From Dicyema japonicum (Eukaryota > Animalia > Dicyemida): a stretch of 64,000 nucleotides of DNA. Below, piece after piece: positions 47,860 to 60,629 of the stretch (positions within the stretch are counted from its first letter, which is position 1; every line of letters begins with the position of its first letter). Under the pieces are notes generated by a model. The model was not told the origin of the DNA and did not search any database. It saw only the letters and a program-made list of their open reading frames with translations. A program made the position numbers and the translations under genes. Location: NCBI GenBank assembly GCA_011109175.1, contig RDEW01000026.1, positions 214,761-278,760 of the forward strand, given 5' to 3'.

Positions 47860-48770
47860 TTCCACTCGCCGTTAAACACGCTATAATTCTTGAGTCGTTT
47901 AGGGAATCATCGCTATACGATCAGGAAACTCTTGTGGGCGCTGCTGGATCTTTGGGATTTTCTGAACGGGACCACATCCTTGTTAGGTTTTAAAACGACC
48001 GTTCGTCTTCCCAGTCTCTTGTCTGTAGTAAAGAGAGTTGTGACGAACTTCTCAGTGTTGGTAAAACAAGCGATTCTTCAATAACAATTTTTTAATACCC
48101 TCTGATCTTCAAATGACTGGCAGTATTGTCGCTTCTTGAGTTGTAAGTGAAGACCAGGTCGATATTGCTTCCAAGCTGGGAGAAAAAAGCGTAATGTCTA
48201 GAGAAGCTAGTTGGTCTGACTCCCTGAAGGGGGTTCCCATATGTTTTGACTGGTCATTCATGATCATGAAAAGACCTGTCTGAGATAGTAGTTCATTCTT
48301 CTTTGAATCGGATGGTTGACTTTCCAAACGTAGAGGGTATTTCGCGTATACCAATAATCACGTCGTTCGAGGAGCCAAAGTGGATAAATTAGTCGGGCGA
48401 GAACTAGGCGGAGGCACGTAGATGTACACAAAGGTTCCATTTGTTGTTCCAAGTGAGATGATTTAGGTAACATCATCATTATTCTTTACCACTAAATTTA
48501 AAGCCTTTCCAATATAAAATAAGTAGTACACTACCCCCACTTCTTCCAGTTAGTCTGTATTGACTTGTATCCAGGGAACAGCGAGGTAGGACTGTTTAAT
48601 GGTAGTTTCGTCTTTTGAATCAAAGCAACGACGGCCAAGAGAGACTCAGTCCCAATATTTTGCTTTACGTTGTAAACTATGGTCCATTTCGTGCAGTGTG
48701 CTAGGGGTTCACTCCTGGTAGTTGAAGCTGAAAGTGCGTGCTGCCAGGGAGAAAGTATTTTTAGAGGTAA
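47860..48770 (-). mobile_element. Vingi-like 5' part (APE) with a ribozyme-like remnant
   Basis: LIQKTKL...LFPGY and ASLDITLFSPSL APE motifs. Confidence 0.6.
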
Positions 48771-48829
48771 ATGTTTAATGATTCTCTTTAGAGAAACATT
48801 AAGTGACCTCCGGACGTTACCAATACTTA

Positions 48830-49950
48830 TTTTTTTTACCCCAAGATCACCGGATTAGAAAAAGTTAAAAGCTAACTACTAACTAAGTGATCCCGGTTTT
48901 CTGGGTTCTGGCTCTCGTTCGGGGTCCTCGAAGATCCAACAGAATTGGTAGAAACGAGGACGGTCTCATTCTCCATAGATTTCCCGCATTTTTTCTAAAT
49001 AGTCAGATATAGAGGTGAAAGCGGACAGCCGGTTTTTATTGCCCACTGAAGAAATGACTTCACTCTCCACCTTAGGTGTTCTTTAACATTCAATACGTTA
49101 TCCACAGTTTTCTTATTTATTATTTTCAAGGCAGCAAGTTGTGCGGCTTATAATTTTTGAGACGACGATTCAGAAATCATCGAGCTCCAGGAGGGATATG
49201 CATATCCGATTACTGGCAGTATGTATTGTCTGTAAATTTCCTGTAGTTAGAAGGTGTTGTGCTCGATTGGTGATCGGGACAAAATTTTCAATATGTTGGT
49301 CCTCCTCCTGACTTTGGTAATAACGTCATTGACATGAATGTCAGGAGAGTATCCAACTTTAATCCTAGTATTGTTGGAGACTTTTGATTTTGGTAGAGTA
49401 TAATGATCTTCTATATGTAGAGAAAATTGTTATAAACGACTTTCCTGTAGGAACTTCCAGTCGATTTGATGTGAGCCAATGTTCCAACATACTAATATAA
49501 CTTTGAAGTTTTATCTCTGCCTTCTCATAGTTAGAGTCTCTCGTTGAAAGAACAATGTCATCTGCGTATGAGAGTATCAATGTATCGGGATCGTCATTGG
49601 TGGGAAGGTCATTGGTGTACAGGTTGAAGAGCAGGGGAGAGAGAGGTGAACCTTGAGGGACACCATTCGGCAATAAACGGGATATAGATTTTCTGTTGTC
49701 TGACATCACTTATCCTCTTCTTTCACTTAAAAAGTTCGACAGCCATCTTTTAATGTTTGGATTTATAAGAGTGTTAGAAATTTTCTCTATAAGCAGCGTC
49801 CGGGAAACGGAGTCGAATGCTTTCTTCAAGTCTATTGAAGCCATTATGGTCCTTTTATGTGGTTTGGAGTTAATTTTGTTAAATGAGTCGTAGTAGAATG
49901 ATTTTCACGGAATCCATGCTTGAAACCAAGACTTATAGAATTGGTGAACC
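48830..49950 (-). mobile_element. Vingi-like 3' half, deleted
   Basis: GVPQGSPLSPLLFNLY...YADD and a family B-type 3' signature at 48830-48900. Confidence 0.75.
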
Positions 49951-49984
49951 ACATAACGCCACTCTAAAAATTTATTAATAAACG

Positions 49985-50590
49985 AAGGGATTTATTTATT
50001 AGAACCCCGGGATCACCGAGAAAAACAGAAAAAAAATCAGACAGTTAAGTAATCCCAGTTCCCACAATCAAACAAGACATCCAACGTCTGTGGTCTCCCA
50101 TTATTCCCGCTACTTTGCGAAAGAGCCTTCTCTCTTCCCTGCAGAGGAATCAGATTGGAGAAAAGAACTTTCTAACCGATCGATTTTCTTTTGCCTTGGA
50201 AAAAGACAGGCTAAGCGGGTTTCCGCCCTCCTTACAGACTGAAGGAATCCGGTTCCGCGACTACAGGTAGTGGGTTAACTGTTGATCAAAAGTGAGGGCC
50301 CTCAGATATAGTTTTCCGGAATATTGAATTGATTATGTGGAGCGTAGTCTCTGATAACGCGAATCTCCATGCAACATAGGCATACTCCACAGCCTGGGAA
50401 TTTCCGGACTAGCGCGCGTATAATATTCAACTTCAGTCCTTTGGCGAGGACTGTCCCATCATGTAAGTTAAAGTTCAATAGCCTGTGAACAATAGCCCAA
50501 GAATTGAAGGAAACCTTGTCACCGGTATCTGGACAAGACAAATAAAAATTCTTGGATCCTCTTTTGAACGACGATCTAAAGTTAAAAGTG
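49985..50590 (-). mobile_element. Vingi-like family B 3' fragment
   Basis: Aligns with 37800-38200 and carries the same 3' signature. Confidence 0.75.
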
Positions 50591-50749
50591 CACATATTGA
50601 ATTTTTGGCAGAAATAGTTAGTCTGTTAGCAGTCAGTCAATCATAGACGGTGTTCACTCTCGCCTGAGCATTTGATGTTGCAACTTGCGCTGATCGGTTA
50701 GGTCGTGGAAGAAAAAAATGAAAAGGGTCGGAGAAAGCGGAGAACCTTG

Positions 50750-52683
50750 GGGTTAGTCATTAGGTAGTAGTCGTGATCTCGATCTAAGTTGCCTACATAC
50801 GACTCTCCCACGTCGACCAGAGAGTAAGTTGGTCAACCACAGCTTTAGGTTTGGACGAACTTTCGAATCAAAAATTTTCCCAATAAGAAGCTTCCTTGGG
50901 ATTGTGTCGAAAGCCTTGTTTAAGTCGATGGAGACAATTGTAGTTTGCACGTGTGGTGGGATGGCATTTAATCTATTGGCTATGAATTGGGATAGTGTGG
51001 TTAAAATTGGTGGTGGCGGACATTCCAGGACGAAAGCCATATTGAAAAGCTGCTTGAGGGATGTCCAGAATAATGGCAGATAGTACCAGTTTTTCAAGAA
51101 GTTTTGATAATGTGCTGGTTAAGGAGATTGTCCTGTATGAAGCAGGTTCTCTTTCCGGTTTTCCAGCCTTCAAAACTGGTTTTATAACAGTTCTTCCAAA
51201 TCTTGGAAATAATATTGTAGTTAATAGATTAAATACTTGCGTGAGGTAGCTAATTACGTATTTGCCTAAGTGTTTCATTGAAGATACTTGTAAGGACTAC
51301 ATACCCGTGAGTTTTTTAATCCTACGATAACCTCTGATATTTGGTTATCTGAGAATAGTTATAAATAAGGTTTATTTTTTGGTTTACGGGCACATACTTT
51401 TATATCCGGTTTTGTAGAGCTGATCACAGCGTAGTTTTTCATAAGTATGTTTGGGTGTATATGACCAATGTGATCTAGAGAAAGGTTACCGGTTCTATTT
51501 GCATCTTCCAATTTTAATTTGTTTTAGTGTTTTCCAAAATTGATGAGATGAACTTTTACCGTTGAGGCGATTGACCAGGTGACGCACCTCTGATCCTGAT
51601 GGTCTTTTATGCTCTGGTTGATACTTTTATTTAGTTGTCTAATGGATTTCAACGCATCTTTGCATTTGATTTCTTCGTCTTGAGTGTAATTGTCGGGAAT
51701 TGAAGGTATAAAATTCGTGTATGATGAGAGAGGAATAAATATGTTGTCAGCCTTTTGAATTTATTTATTATTTATTTTAATTTATTTAGCCTTTTGAATG
51801 ACCACACTGATGATTTTTGCGACTTCATCTATCGAACGAATATGGGATAATAGTCCTTTGACCAATTCCAGGTCAACCAAGTCCCAGAAGCCAGACTAAT
51901 CAACCTCTTATAATTATTGAAACTTTTCACTTCAATCTGTCCGGCGTATTCAAAATTCTCTTAACATAAGAAGGATGGTATTATGGTCGCTGAAAAAACC
52001 ATAATTCACATCCCATGTCGTGATTCCTGCTAAAGGAGGTAAACATAAGGTTAAATCAGTGCTTCTTAAACGAGTTCTTGTATGTAAATTATGATTATTC
52101 AGGAAAATCATATCAATAAGACCGCCATGAACTCTCATCAGCTGTCAGAGGACTGTGAAGCAAGCCAAACTGAGTGTCGGGTATTTAGGTGGCCGCATGT
52201 TAGAGCGTTCTTTAGAACTGAGAGGCAGGGTATATTTGGAGTGTAGGATTTTGGGCAGGATCCTTGTGGTGAAATATATAGGTTAATCAAGATGATCCAA
52301 AAAGACGGGTACCGCTCCATTTTGATGGTGATCTGATGCATGGTATCGTCTGACTCCAAAAGGTCTGAAGTTTGTCGACTCACATCAATGAAAGGTATAC
52401 CGTTCTTTATAATTGTGAGTAGTCCTCCACCTGGTCTTCCCTGACGGTCCTTACGGATAACTGTGTATCCCATTAAGGAAGGTGTTGGCATGGAGGATGA
52501 GAGCTTGGATTCCTGGATGAGAGCAAGGTCAGCTCGATTTACGGAAAGGAAAGCTGGAAGTTCCAGAACCTTCTTGTTTAATTCCATTAGTATTTAGTTG
52601 TAAAATTACTAAGTCTCCGCATGAACCAGGGTTTGTTTCAATGTCGTCACATATCAGGATCAATAGTCTAGAACAATGATGAC
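50750..52683 (-). mobile_element. Vingi-like 5' part (2A-like motif, APE, RT N-terminus)
   Basis: LLILICDDIETNPGS, LIQESKL, RKDRQGRPGGGLL, FSDHNTI and SIDLNKAFDTIPR. Confidence 0.8.
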
Positions 52684-53320
52684 TAGGCCCATTTTTTGTT
52701 AATAAAGTCAAAAATTCATGTTTTTTAAAATTATTTAAAACTTATAAAAATGTAATTTTTAATCAAAAATATTGTATAAATCAAAAGTTATAAAGTCAAA
52801 AAAAGTCAAAATTTTGGGTAATGTCAAAAAACTCAAAATTTAATTTTTTAGGTCAATAAAGTCAAAATTTTATATATTTTTATTTATTATTTTTTCAAGG
52901 ATTTGAATAAAATACTAATGTTTCGTCAACCTCTTTCAATCAGAAAGGTCGTTGAAAATGTTAAGATTATTATTAGAAAATATCCTGCTGAATATTCTAA
53001 AAAAACCCCAGCTTTTTGTTGAATCTTATATGAAACATTTCAAACTAACAGGTCTTTGATTTTTATTACTATTTCACAGGTGCTAATGTAAAAATGGGAA
53101 AGGCTAATTAAGAGGATTGTTAAGACGCGGCACGAATAGAATTATAGTTTATATGATTCTATGTAGTTGCTTATAATAATATAATAATAATGTAAAAATA
53201 TCTGATTTTCTAATTCCATCTACTCTAGGCTCAATGAAATCACTAATGCTTACTCGGATGTGATTTTCTTTGCATAAGTTGAACATTAAAGTTTACAAAC
53301 TTGTATAGATATCTTCTGAT
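52684..53320. mobile_element. AT-rich DNA-transposon remnant (TAGG terminus), related to 62301-62920
   Basis: AAAGTCAAAA subterminal repeats. 53210-53305 matches the reverse complement of 62640-62750. Confidence 0.5.
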
Positions 53321-53339
53321 GTTTATGAATTTTTGTCGC

Positions 53340-54450
53340 CTGGACAGAATGGGACGCTCGACCGCAGATGATGTTTAGTCTCACAAGTGGATATGTGCCA
53401 TGTGTCAACGATACAAAAGTGATTTTAAAATTTTGGGACTGGACATGTTTAGCGCCTTTGACACTGTCAACAGAAAAACATTGTTGTTGAAAGTTTCCTT
53501 GACGAGGATAACAGAAGACTTATTCGTTTCCTATTCGTTTCCTACTATCTAATACTAAAATAGTTGTATAGGTTGGGAACACGACATATGCCTTTCGGGA
53601 CAACAGTTGGAATACCTCAAGGAGACTCTATATCTCCGGTTTTATTCGTCGTATATCTGAAGGCGCCTCTGAGAACTCTTAGAACAAAAGTGAAAGATGT
53701 ATGCCGATGGAGATGCAGATGACATAGTTTTTGTGTCAGAAAATGATCAGGGACTTGTTTTAGAGAAAATCCCTGAAGAATTTAAGAATTGGTCTCTGCG
53801 ACAAACATATAGGAATCACAATAGAATTAAAATATATTGATGAAAGTTGGAGAAAAAATGGAAATAGGAATCCTTACTTGGTGATAGTGAGGACATGATG
53901 TATAAAAGAGTTCTAGACACTTCTATGTATAAGAAATGCAGAAGACATGGAGTCGACATAAACTAAGAACAAACCTAAAAATAAGACTATACAACTCATA
54001 AATAAAGCCGTTGTTTATGTAAAACTCTGGTACATGGGGGTCACAGATGTAAAGCTAAAGAAAATGGATATTTTTCATCGAAAACAATTACGCAATTTAC
54101 TGGGCCTAGGTTGGCCCAAGAAGATTTCAAATAAGAAATTATACTCTGTGGCACAATCCATGCAATAAGCATCGACATTATAGAATCAAAATGGAGATTG
54201 TTTGGGCTCGTGCTTAGAATGGACATAAACGCCCCTGTGAATATAATAATGGAAAATTACTTTAACAATGAGAACAAACCATCGTAGCTATAAACAAGGA
54301 ACTTAATTAAATTGGAAGAAAATTTAAATCTGCAGAAAACCTAGATCTACGGACAGATGTACAAAGCAGAGGGCGATGGAGAGGCCTAGTGAAACAAATT
54401 TCGAAACGTGTGGCACAAACAGGACCTTAGTTAATATAACGTTCTTTGGT
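53340..54450 (+). mobile_element. Decayed RTE-clade LINE, RT and 3' part
   Basis: ILGLDMFSAFDTVNRK, SLSPVLFVVYL, ADDIVF and KWRLFGLVLRMD. It ends in TGTGAAAG, like the RTE at 3462. Confidence 0.78.
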
Positions 54451-54545
54451 TCTGTGAAAGTAATTTTTAATAATAATAAAAATTATGTCAATCTGGTTAT
54501 AAATAATAACACCCCTTCTCACAAGAAGTAATAATTATTATTATA

Positions 54546-54775
54546 GTGGCGTCATGTGATCCACCTGTCTAGGTGGCCCAGTGCCAGGCTTGCACGAAAA
54601 AGGATCATTTGCTCTCCCCACTGGAGGGGTTTCCACAACTGCATGTAATGGACGTCTTACCTTTTATGCTGATTCCGGATGGACTCTGTTTCTGTATAAG
54701 TGGAAACTGGATACACTTAATTAGTTTTTTACTTTAACTTCATTCTCGGTGTATCCGGGGTTAATAAATAAAAAA
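54546..54775 (+). mobile_element. Short non-autonomous Vingi-related element with a degenerate HDV-like head
   Basis: P2 TGATCC/GGATCA, P3 ACC/GGT, P4 TGC/GCA and J4/2 CGAA. The 3' end CTCGGTGTATCCGGGGTTAATAAATAAA resembles family B ends. No ORF. Confidence 0.5.
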
Positions 54776-54777
54776 AA

Positions 54778-56075
54778 TTAAAAACCAAAAATCACCGACA
54801 AATAAAATAACTACACAGCCGTCAGGTGATTCCGGCCGCCTCGAATAGCCATCTCATTCTTACTCAGTGATCCTCCCAGGTTCCAACGCATTTCCGGATT
54901 GGGCGTGGGTCTCTGACTTTTTTGGGGGTAGTAAGGCTCCAGTTTTCCTCACTAATTCCTCAAATAGTGTAGGGTTTAGTGTTGTCTGGGAAATCCTTTG
55001 CAGAGCCTTATTGGCCATTTTTTGGAATGTATTAATTTTTTCCATATTCGCGTTTGATAGTTTGGTTCCCCATGGAGCACACCCATAAGTTAGAACGGTT
55101 AAATATACTGCACGCAGAGCGAGTCTAATTTTGATTTAAAACACTCATTAAATTGTCCAAGGAGTGTTTTAACAAAATTTAGTTTCCGTTGTGCCGAGGA
55201 GATGACGTTGTCGATGTGTTTGCTGAAGTGAGTCTTATATTACGCCCAGTATCTTGACCGAGTTGGTCGTGGGGATTGAGTCTCCATTTATGGCTACACA
55301 TGGAGCGGAGTTTGTCACTCTTCTGTTTGCTGTGAAAATTGTTGTATAAGACTTTTCGGGACTTGTATGTAGAATGTTCTTAACGAGCCAACAGTTCAGA
55401 TCGTCCAATGAAGCTTGTAGCCGGTATACAGAAGTATGAAAGTACTGGTCTTTGACTGCGACGATTATATCATCCGCATATGTCAGAACCAGAGTATCGT
55501 CACTGGTAAGGGAGGGCATATCATTTAAGAATAGGTTAAACATGTGTGGTGACAGTGGAGATCCTTGAGGAAAGAAACTTGGTCACTGACCTAGTTTTTC
55601 CAGCAGTCACTTTTCCTCTTCTTCCATTTAGGAAATTAGCAATCCAGACTTTCAGGTTGTTTGAGATTTTTGACGTAAAGATCTTCCTTATCAAAAGCTT
55701 TCTTGGGACAGTGTCGAAAGCTTTTTCTATATCGATGGAGCATATCAATGACTTCTGATGAAGTTTGAGTTTTAGGCCATCATTGATGAAATTTGTAAGT
55801 CATGTAAAATGCGTTACTGTGAATTGCCCTTTTCTGCATCCGTGTTAAAAAGGTGCATCAGGAAAGTATGGTTTGATTAGTTCAAGAATCAGCTTTTCCA
55901 AGATTTTTGATGTAACACATAAAAGAGATATTGGTCTGTATGTGGCTGGTGATCACTTTGGTCGCCCGGGTTTCAAAATTGGTCGTATGTTTGATAGCTT
56001 CCATATGGAAGAAATGCAATTTTCGTTGATGGAAAAGTTGAAAATTTTGGTGAGTGATTGCATGGAGGCCTAACT
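54778..56075 (-). mobile_element. Vingi-like family C, 5'-truncated
   Basis: Highly similar to 41385-42380 and extends further 5' (KPGRPK..PATYRPISL). Confidence 0.86.
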
Positions 56076-56109
56076 AATGTTACCAGTACTTAACCCTAAA
56101 ATTAGGCAC

Positions 56110-56342
56110 AACTCTAACTTTATTTAACAAGTAAAGAAGAATTATGATAATTAATCTAAGACACTGGAAATGTTATTGACTTTTCTTTTTTGCTTGTGTG
56201 TGAGTCCAACAAGACAATCCGGTTCTGCAGTGACGAATAACTGATGAAGACGTCACTCGTCAAACCAGAAGGAATCTTCAGCCTAATGGACAGCAGTTAG
56301 ATTCGATATTGGCCCGGAACTTATTACACTGAGCCATCGACC
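56110..56342 (-). mobile_element. SINE family 1, diverged copy
   Basis: The reverse complement shows GGTTTGACGAGTGACGTCTTCATCAG...CACTGCAGAACCGGATTGTC...GGACTCACACACAAG...TAAATAAAGT. Confidence 0.68.
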
Positions 56343-56455
56343 TGTTGTGTTTGGATGCAAGGATGAATAGACATATCAATAAAATAATAAAATAAATAAT
56401 ACAAATAATTTAAATATTTACAAAAATCTTAAATTTTAGTTTATTTTTGTGGGGA

Positions 56456-57421
56456 ATGAATTTAATAAATTCAACGAATCACTTACGCAAACTGGAGAAT
56501 GAACATGCTGGAATAATGGACGTCTGGCAGTCGAATGTGGATAAGGAATTTAACCGACTTCAAGAAATAACCCAGAACTACAACTACATAGCCATTGTAT
56601 GAGAATGAATGCCCTTACTTAAGGACACTGAGTTCCCTGGTTGCATAGAGCAGGTAGATCACAGAATAGTAAAATATTTTGGGTACCAAAACGTTGTAGC
56701 CAACCTCAAGCATTTAAATGTAATTCAAATTGGCCTTTCTTTTTTCACTGAAGATGGACATAACCCTCCAGGACTTCACACGTGGCAATTCAACTTTAAA
56801 TACAACATAAAGTAAATCATGGATCCAATTAGAACTTAAAAATTCATTGAGAGTTATACTGGGGTTCTCCAAAACTCAGGGATTAAATTTGAGGAATATG
56901 AGAAGTATAGGATCGCTCCAGAGTATTTTGGGGCGCTTCTTTATGTGTCTGGGATAATCCTCCGTCGAAGGAAAATCTTTGTGGGTTTTCATTGGTTTGA
57001 TTTGTTGTGACTTTAGTGCGTTTGACTTTGCCTATTTAGTGAAAGTCCTCAAGTGTGGATATATTCCATCGTCAGAATCAAAATTCTTTATATATTTGAC
57101 TAAACTGTTTCCGACTATATATGACTTTAAATATGTTATTAAGTTTTGTACGACAATACGAGGAGGACTACAGGATATTGCTAACTATTTTAAGGTGAGA
57201 TATGGCTAATTGGTAGATAAGGAGTGTAGGGATTCAACATCAGGCTGGAAGTGATGCTTGGGTTACTGGGATGTGTTTCTTTAGAATAAGAGATGTTGCA
57301 TGTACTTATATTTTAGTCTTTCTTTGCTAATCAACTGTCTGAGCAACAGTACTGCAATCTGCTACATTTTTTGGGGGGAGAAAAACATAAAGAAGAGTCG
57401 GAGGATGTCAAGGATATGTGA
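56456..57421 (+). CDS. CNOT7: CAF1/POP2 (CNOT7/8) DEDD deadenylase, five small introns; one in-frame TAA problem
   Basis: YIAI|DTEFPG, IQIGLSF, TWQFNFK, FHCAFDFAY, GGLQDIA and HQAGSDA. The catalytic residues are present. Introns of 21-27 nt. See the finding on 56837-56839. Confidence 0.82.
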
Positions 57422-58539
57422 TGTTTTATTTTCATTTTTTTGATTTTCTTTTAAGTCTCGAAAGAATAGTATTTCCCCAAGGATCACTTCAGAAAGGGGG
57501 TGGAAATTTTGTAGAAAGGTTTCTTAATATATTTAGCGAAATTCTGGGGTCGTCTAATTACCACATTGAAACATTATTGTCCCAGGATCGCTTGGTTAAA
57601 AGAGAAGACTGACACTGAGGCGGTTGGAGTGGTTCGTTTGATCTCCTAACTATGAAAATTACCATCTATTCTTGAAAACATATCGGATATGGGATTTTTC
57701 TCAATAAATAGATGAGTATTAGTAGATATTTAAATGTGTCTTTGAGAAACAAAAACTAAAAGATATCCAAGTAATGACAAAGAAAATCTAAGTATTAAAT
57801 TGGTACCTCGTAACTCATCCGCATAAGAATCATATGATGTTCTTGTACTCATACTAGAGAGGACTATCTGTTAACCTAAAAAAGTGAATTGTAGTTCGTT
57901 AAACAACTAAGAAAACTATAGTGGTAGTCAAAAGGAAATTGAAGACAGAAACGAGCGAGGCAGTATAAACATAAAAATGAAAGTGCTAAATGTCAGAAAA
58001 ACTGACACAAAATGGGTAATATGTGCTGCAAATGGAAGAATATAGATTCAATTAATATAGACTCATCTAACATTCTCAATTATGTTTACAAAAACATAAC
58101 AAAGTGGGGTTACTAACTCCACTTAACTCAGTGCAAATAATATGATCTGAGATTATAACGATTCATGGAAACTGATACTGGAACAGAAAAAATGGCACAC
58201 AGTGAAGTCTCTCTAATTGGGCAATTTATGCCTAAATGTTAAAAAAACCAATTTTTCTAGAATTTGGCCAATTCTCAAATTTTTGATAAAAAGGTTCCAA
58301 TTCAAAATTGACTCCAATTAATTTTTTCAAGTTCATAAATAAACATCACGAGATTTTTTACAATGTGATTGACATCCTAATGTGAAAGGTCATCTTTTTT
58401 AAATTTTATAAAATTGATTTAATGGGTATGAAAACCTCTCGAATCCACCACACTTTTAAAAATAATTTTTTTAATTTTCTTAACTTTTTAATTTTAAAAC
58501 ACGTTTTATTTAACAATAAAATATGTCACATCGCGCTGA

Positions 58540-59460
58540 AATTACGGAGAAAGCGTTTCTGCGGACAACCGACCTCTTCCCGCACGTCTTTCTTACGATG
58601 GGCCAATTTCCCCCCGATTTCCATCAAAAAAGAGGCTGTGATACTTCCCGCAGCACCAGAGTTTCGATTGCCACCGGTACAAAACGAAAGCGATCTTAAA
58701 TTTCGACATATTTTTTAATCTTGATTTTCTCGGCCAGATCGGCTGCCGATCCAGCATACAGCGCCGATCTGAGTATCATCGAGTTCGAGAAAAAATCACA
58801 ACAGTGCAGTCACATACGAGTGATTTTCCCTCAGTAAACGGAAAGATTGTTAAACCATCCGGTCTTTTCCCGTCTCCGCGGTCAGATCCCACGGGCTCCA
58901 GCACTGCCAGGAAACATGCAGCTTCAAGAGCACGCATGACAATGTTGTTTATAGCAGCATGGAGGGTGCTCTGACCGCACTCCATTTGCACGAAACCGGA
59001 TGCAGCCTTTTGACATCGACAATCCCTCCACAACGAAATTCGTGTTCGACGCATACATCAACTCCCAAGCGTTGTGCGATCCCAATCCGAATACAGTCAT
59101 CGTCCAACAGGGTCCCCAGGGAGTAACATGGGAGTGCATCCAGCCATGCTCCGCTCCCATGTTTGGCTGCGGACACGAGGCATGCAAGACGATGCTGGCT
59201 GGCCTCAAACTTTAGCACGTCGAAGATATTCTTGAAGTAGATATCATCCCATTCTCGTTGCATCGAAGGATTTTTCGGCGCATCCAAACCAGTTTCACAC
59301 GATTCGCGACGAGCTTCGTCGAAGACTCTTTCCCTAGAAAGTCTGGTTGGAAGACGTAGGATATCTTGGACCAAATGGCTTACACTTGAGAGCGATGAAA
59401 GACAGAGAATGCATTAATGGTAAAGAACAAAAGAATGAACAAGTTGTTTTAGACTACGAT
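58540..59460 (-). mobile_element. CRE-clade 3' fragment (subfamily B)
   Basis: SGAWLDALPCYSLGTLLDD, FRCGG...HPVSCKWS and GKRPDGLTIFPFTEGKSLVCDC. Confidence 0.85.
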
Positions 59461-59705
59461 GCAGTGAATGCTGTTACATGTGGTCACCACCCCTCTACCA
59501 ACGTACGATGTCCTCTGTCACTTTTGCAACCTCTTCGTGTTGACAACAAATTACCTATTTGATTGGCATGAATTAGGACAACGTTCGTTTACAATGCCGG
59601 GACTGACAGATCTATGGGAGCGACCGTCATTTGCTGCGCCCTATTTAATATCAGCGGACTTCCTACAAGTTAGTGAGGCAGGGGTTACTTAACTGGCTAA
59701 CTAAC
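59460..59705 (+). mobile_element. Vingi family A 3' end
   Basis: LCHFCNL...DLWERP and a CTACAAGTTAGTGA tail, as at 36503-36720. An inverted LINE scrap follows at ~59705-59885. Confidence 0.75.
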
Positions 59706-59913
59706 ATGTTACTCAAACAAAAACACTTAAGAACAAACTGGAAATATGAAAAATTTATCCGACCCACAATGACGTATGCAAATTCTTCGTGGGCAATGAA
59801 GATTTCACGCTCTTCGTCTTTGAAACTATTCGCAATCCAGGGGACTGATGTAAAGTTGATTTGACCAGAATACAAGGTCCATTGAAAATCTTTTAATTGA
59901 ATAATAATAACAA

Positions 59914-60199
59914 TTTTTTCACGAGAGCCATAATATTTATAGCTCCGCATAAGCAGGACACACACTTTATTTAAGTAAAGAACAGTTAATTTTAACTAAT
60001 CGTAAAATGATCTTCACTTCTTTCTTTCTTTTTCTTGTGTGTGGGTCCTTTCTAGACAATCTAGTTCCGCAGTGAGTATCCACTGATGACGGCGTCAATC
60101 GTCAAACCCTTTTGGCATCGTAGATGCGTAGAACCTTCCACAGCAGCGGGAACCGAATCCGTAACCTAAATCACTTTAGCCCGACACCTAACCACTATC
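59914..60199 (-). mobile_element. SINE family 1, near full-length copy
   Basis: Colinear with 34424-34725. The tail ATGCGGAGCTATAAATATTATGGCTCTCGTGAAA differs from the RTE 3' end by 1 of 34 nt. Confidence 0.82.
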
Positions 60200-60629
60200 C
60201 GACTTCTATTGAAAATTCTTAAAATGGGCCAGTCAACCGAGCTGCCCCCTGTTATTTTTAATTCATTTGAATTGTGACAAAATCACACATTTTACCCATT
60301 TCCAACAATTGAAGCATTTTTTTTCATTCTATCACTTACATTTTTCCACATTATCGATTCCTGATAAAATTTAGATTTGATGTATTGATACTGAACTAAA
60401 AAATTAGTATATTTTAATTGATCTGTTTAGTGTCAAAATCACCTATTTGACAAATTTCCGAACATTTAAGTATCTTTTAAATATATAATAGTTACATTTG
60501 TCAATCATCCATTCCTGTTAAGATTTTAGCTATTATCTTTTGATACTGAACTAGGAAATTCGTTTATTTTTAATTCATTTAATTGTTGGAAAATTCATCA
60601 TTTTCAAAATTTTCGTCAATTTGAAACAT

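Noticed and set aside
57460-58400. Possible further coding or transposase remnant downstream of CAF1
   Set aside because: No motif that I can assign with confidence.
60078-60112. Hammerhead-like CTGATGA-stem-AAAC on the antisense strand of SINE family 1 (also at ~56240)
   Set aside because: All copies lack the invariant G12 of GAAA, and no stem I/III or NUH site can be drawn. It is the SINE core hairpin read backwards.
60340-60580. Short direct repeat TGATACTGAACTA..AAATT (two copies ~155 bp apart)
   Set aside because: Only two degenerate AT-rich units and no termini. Not interpretable.
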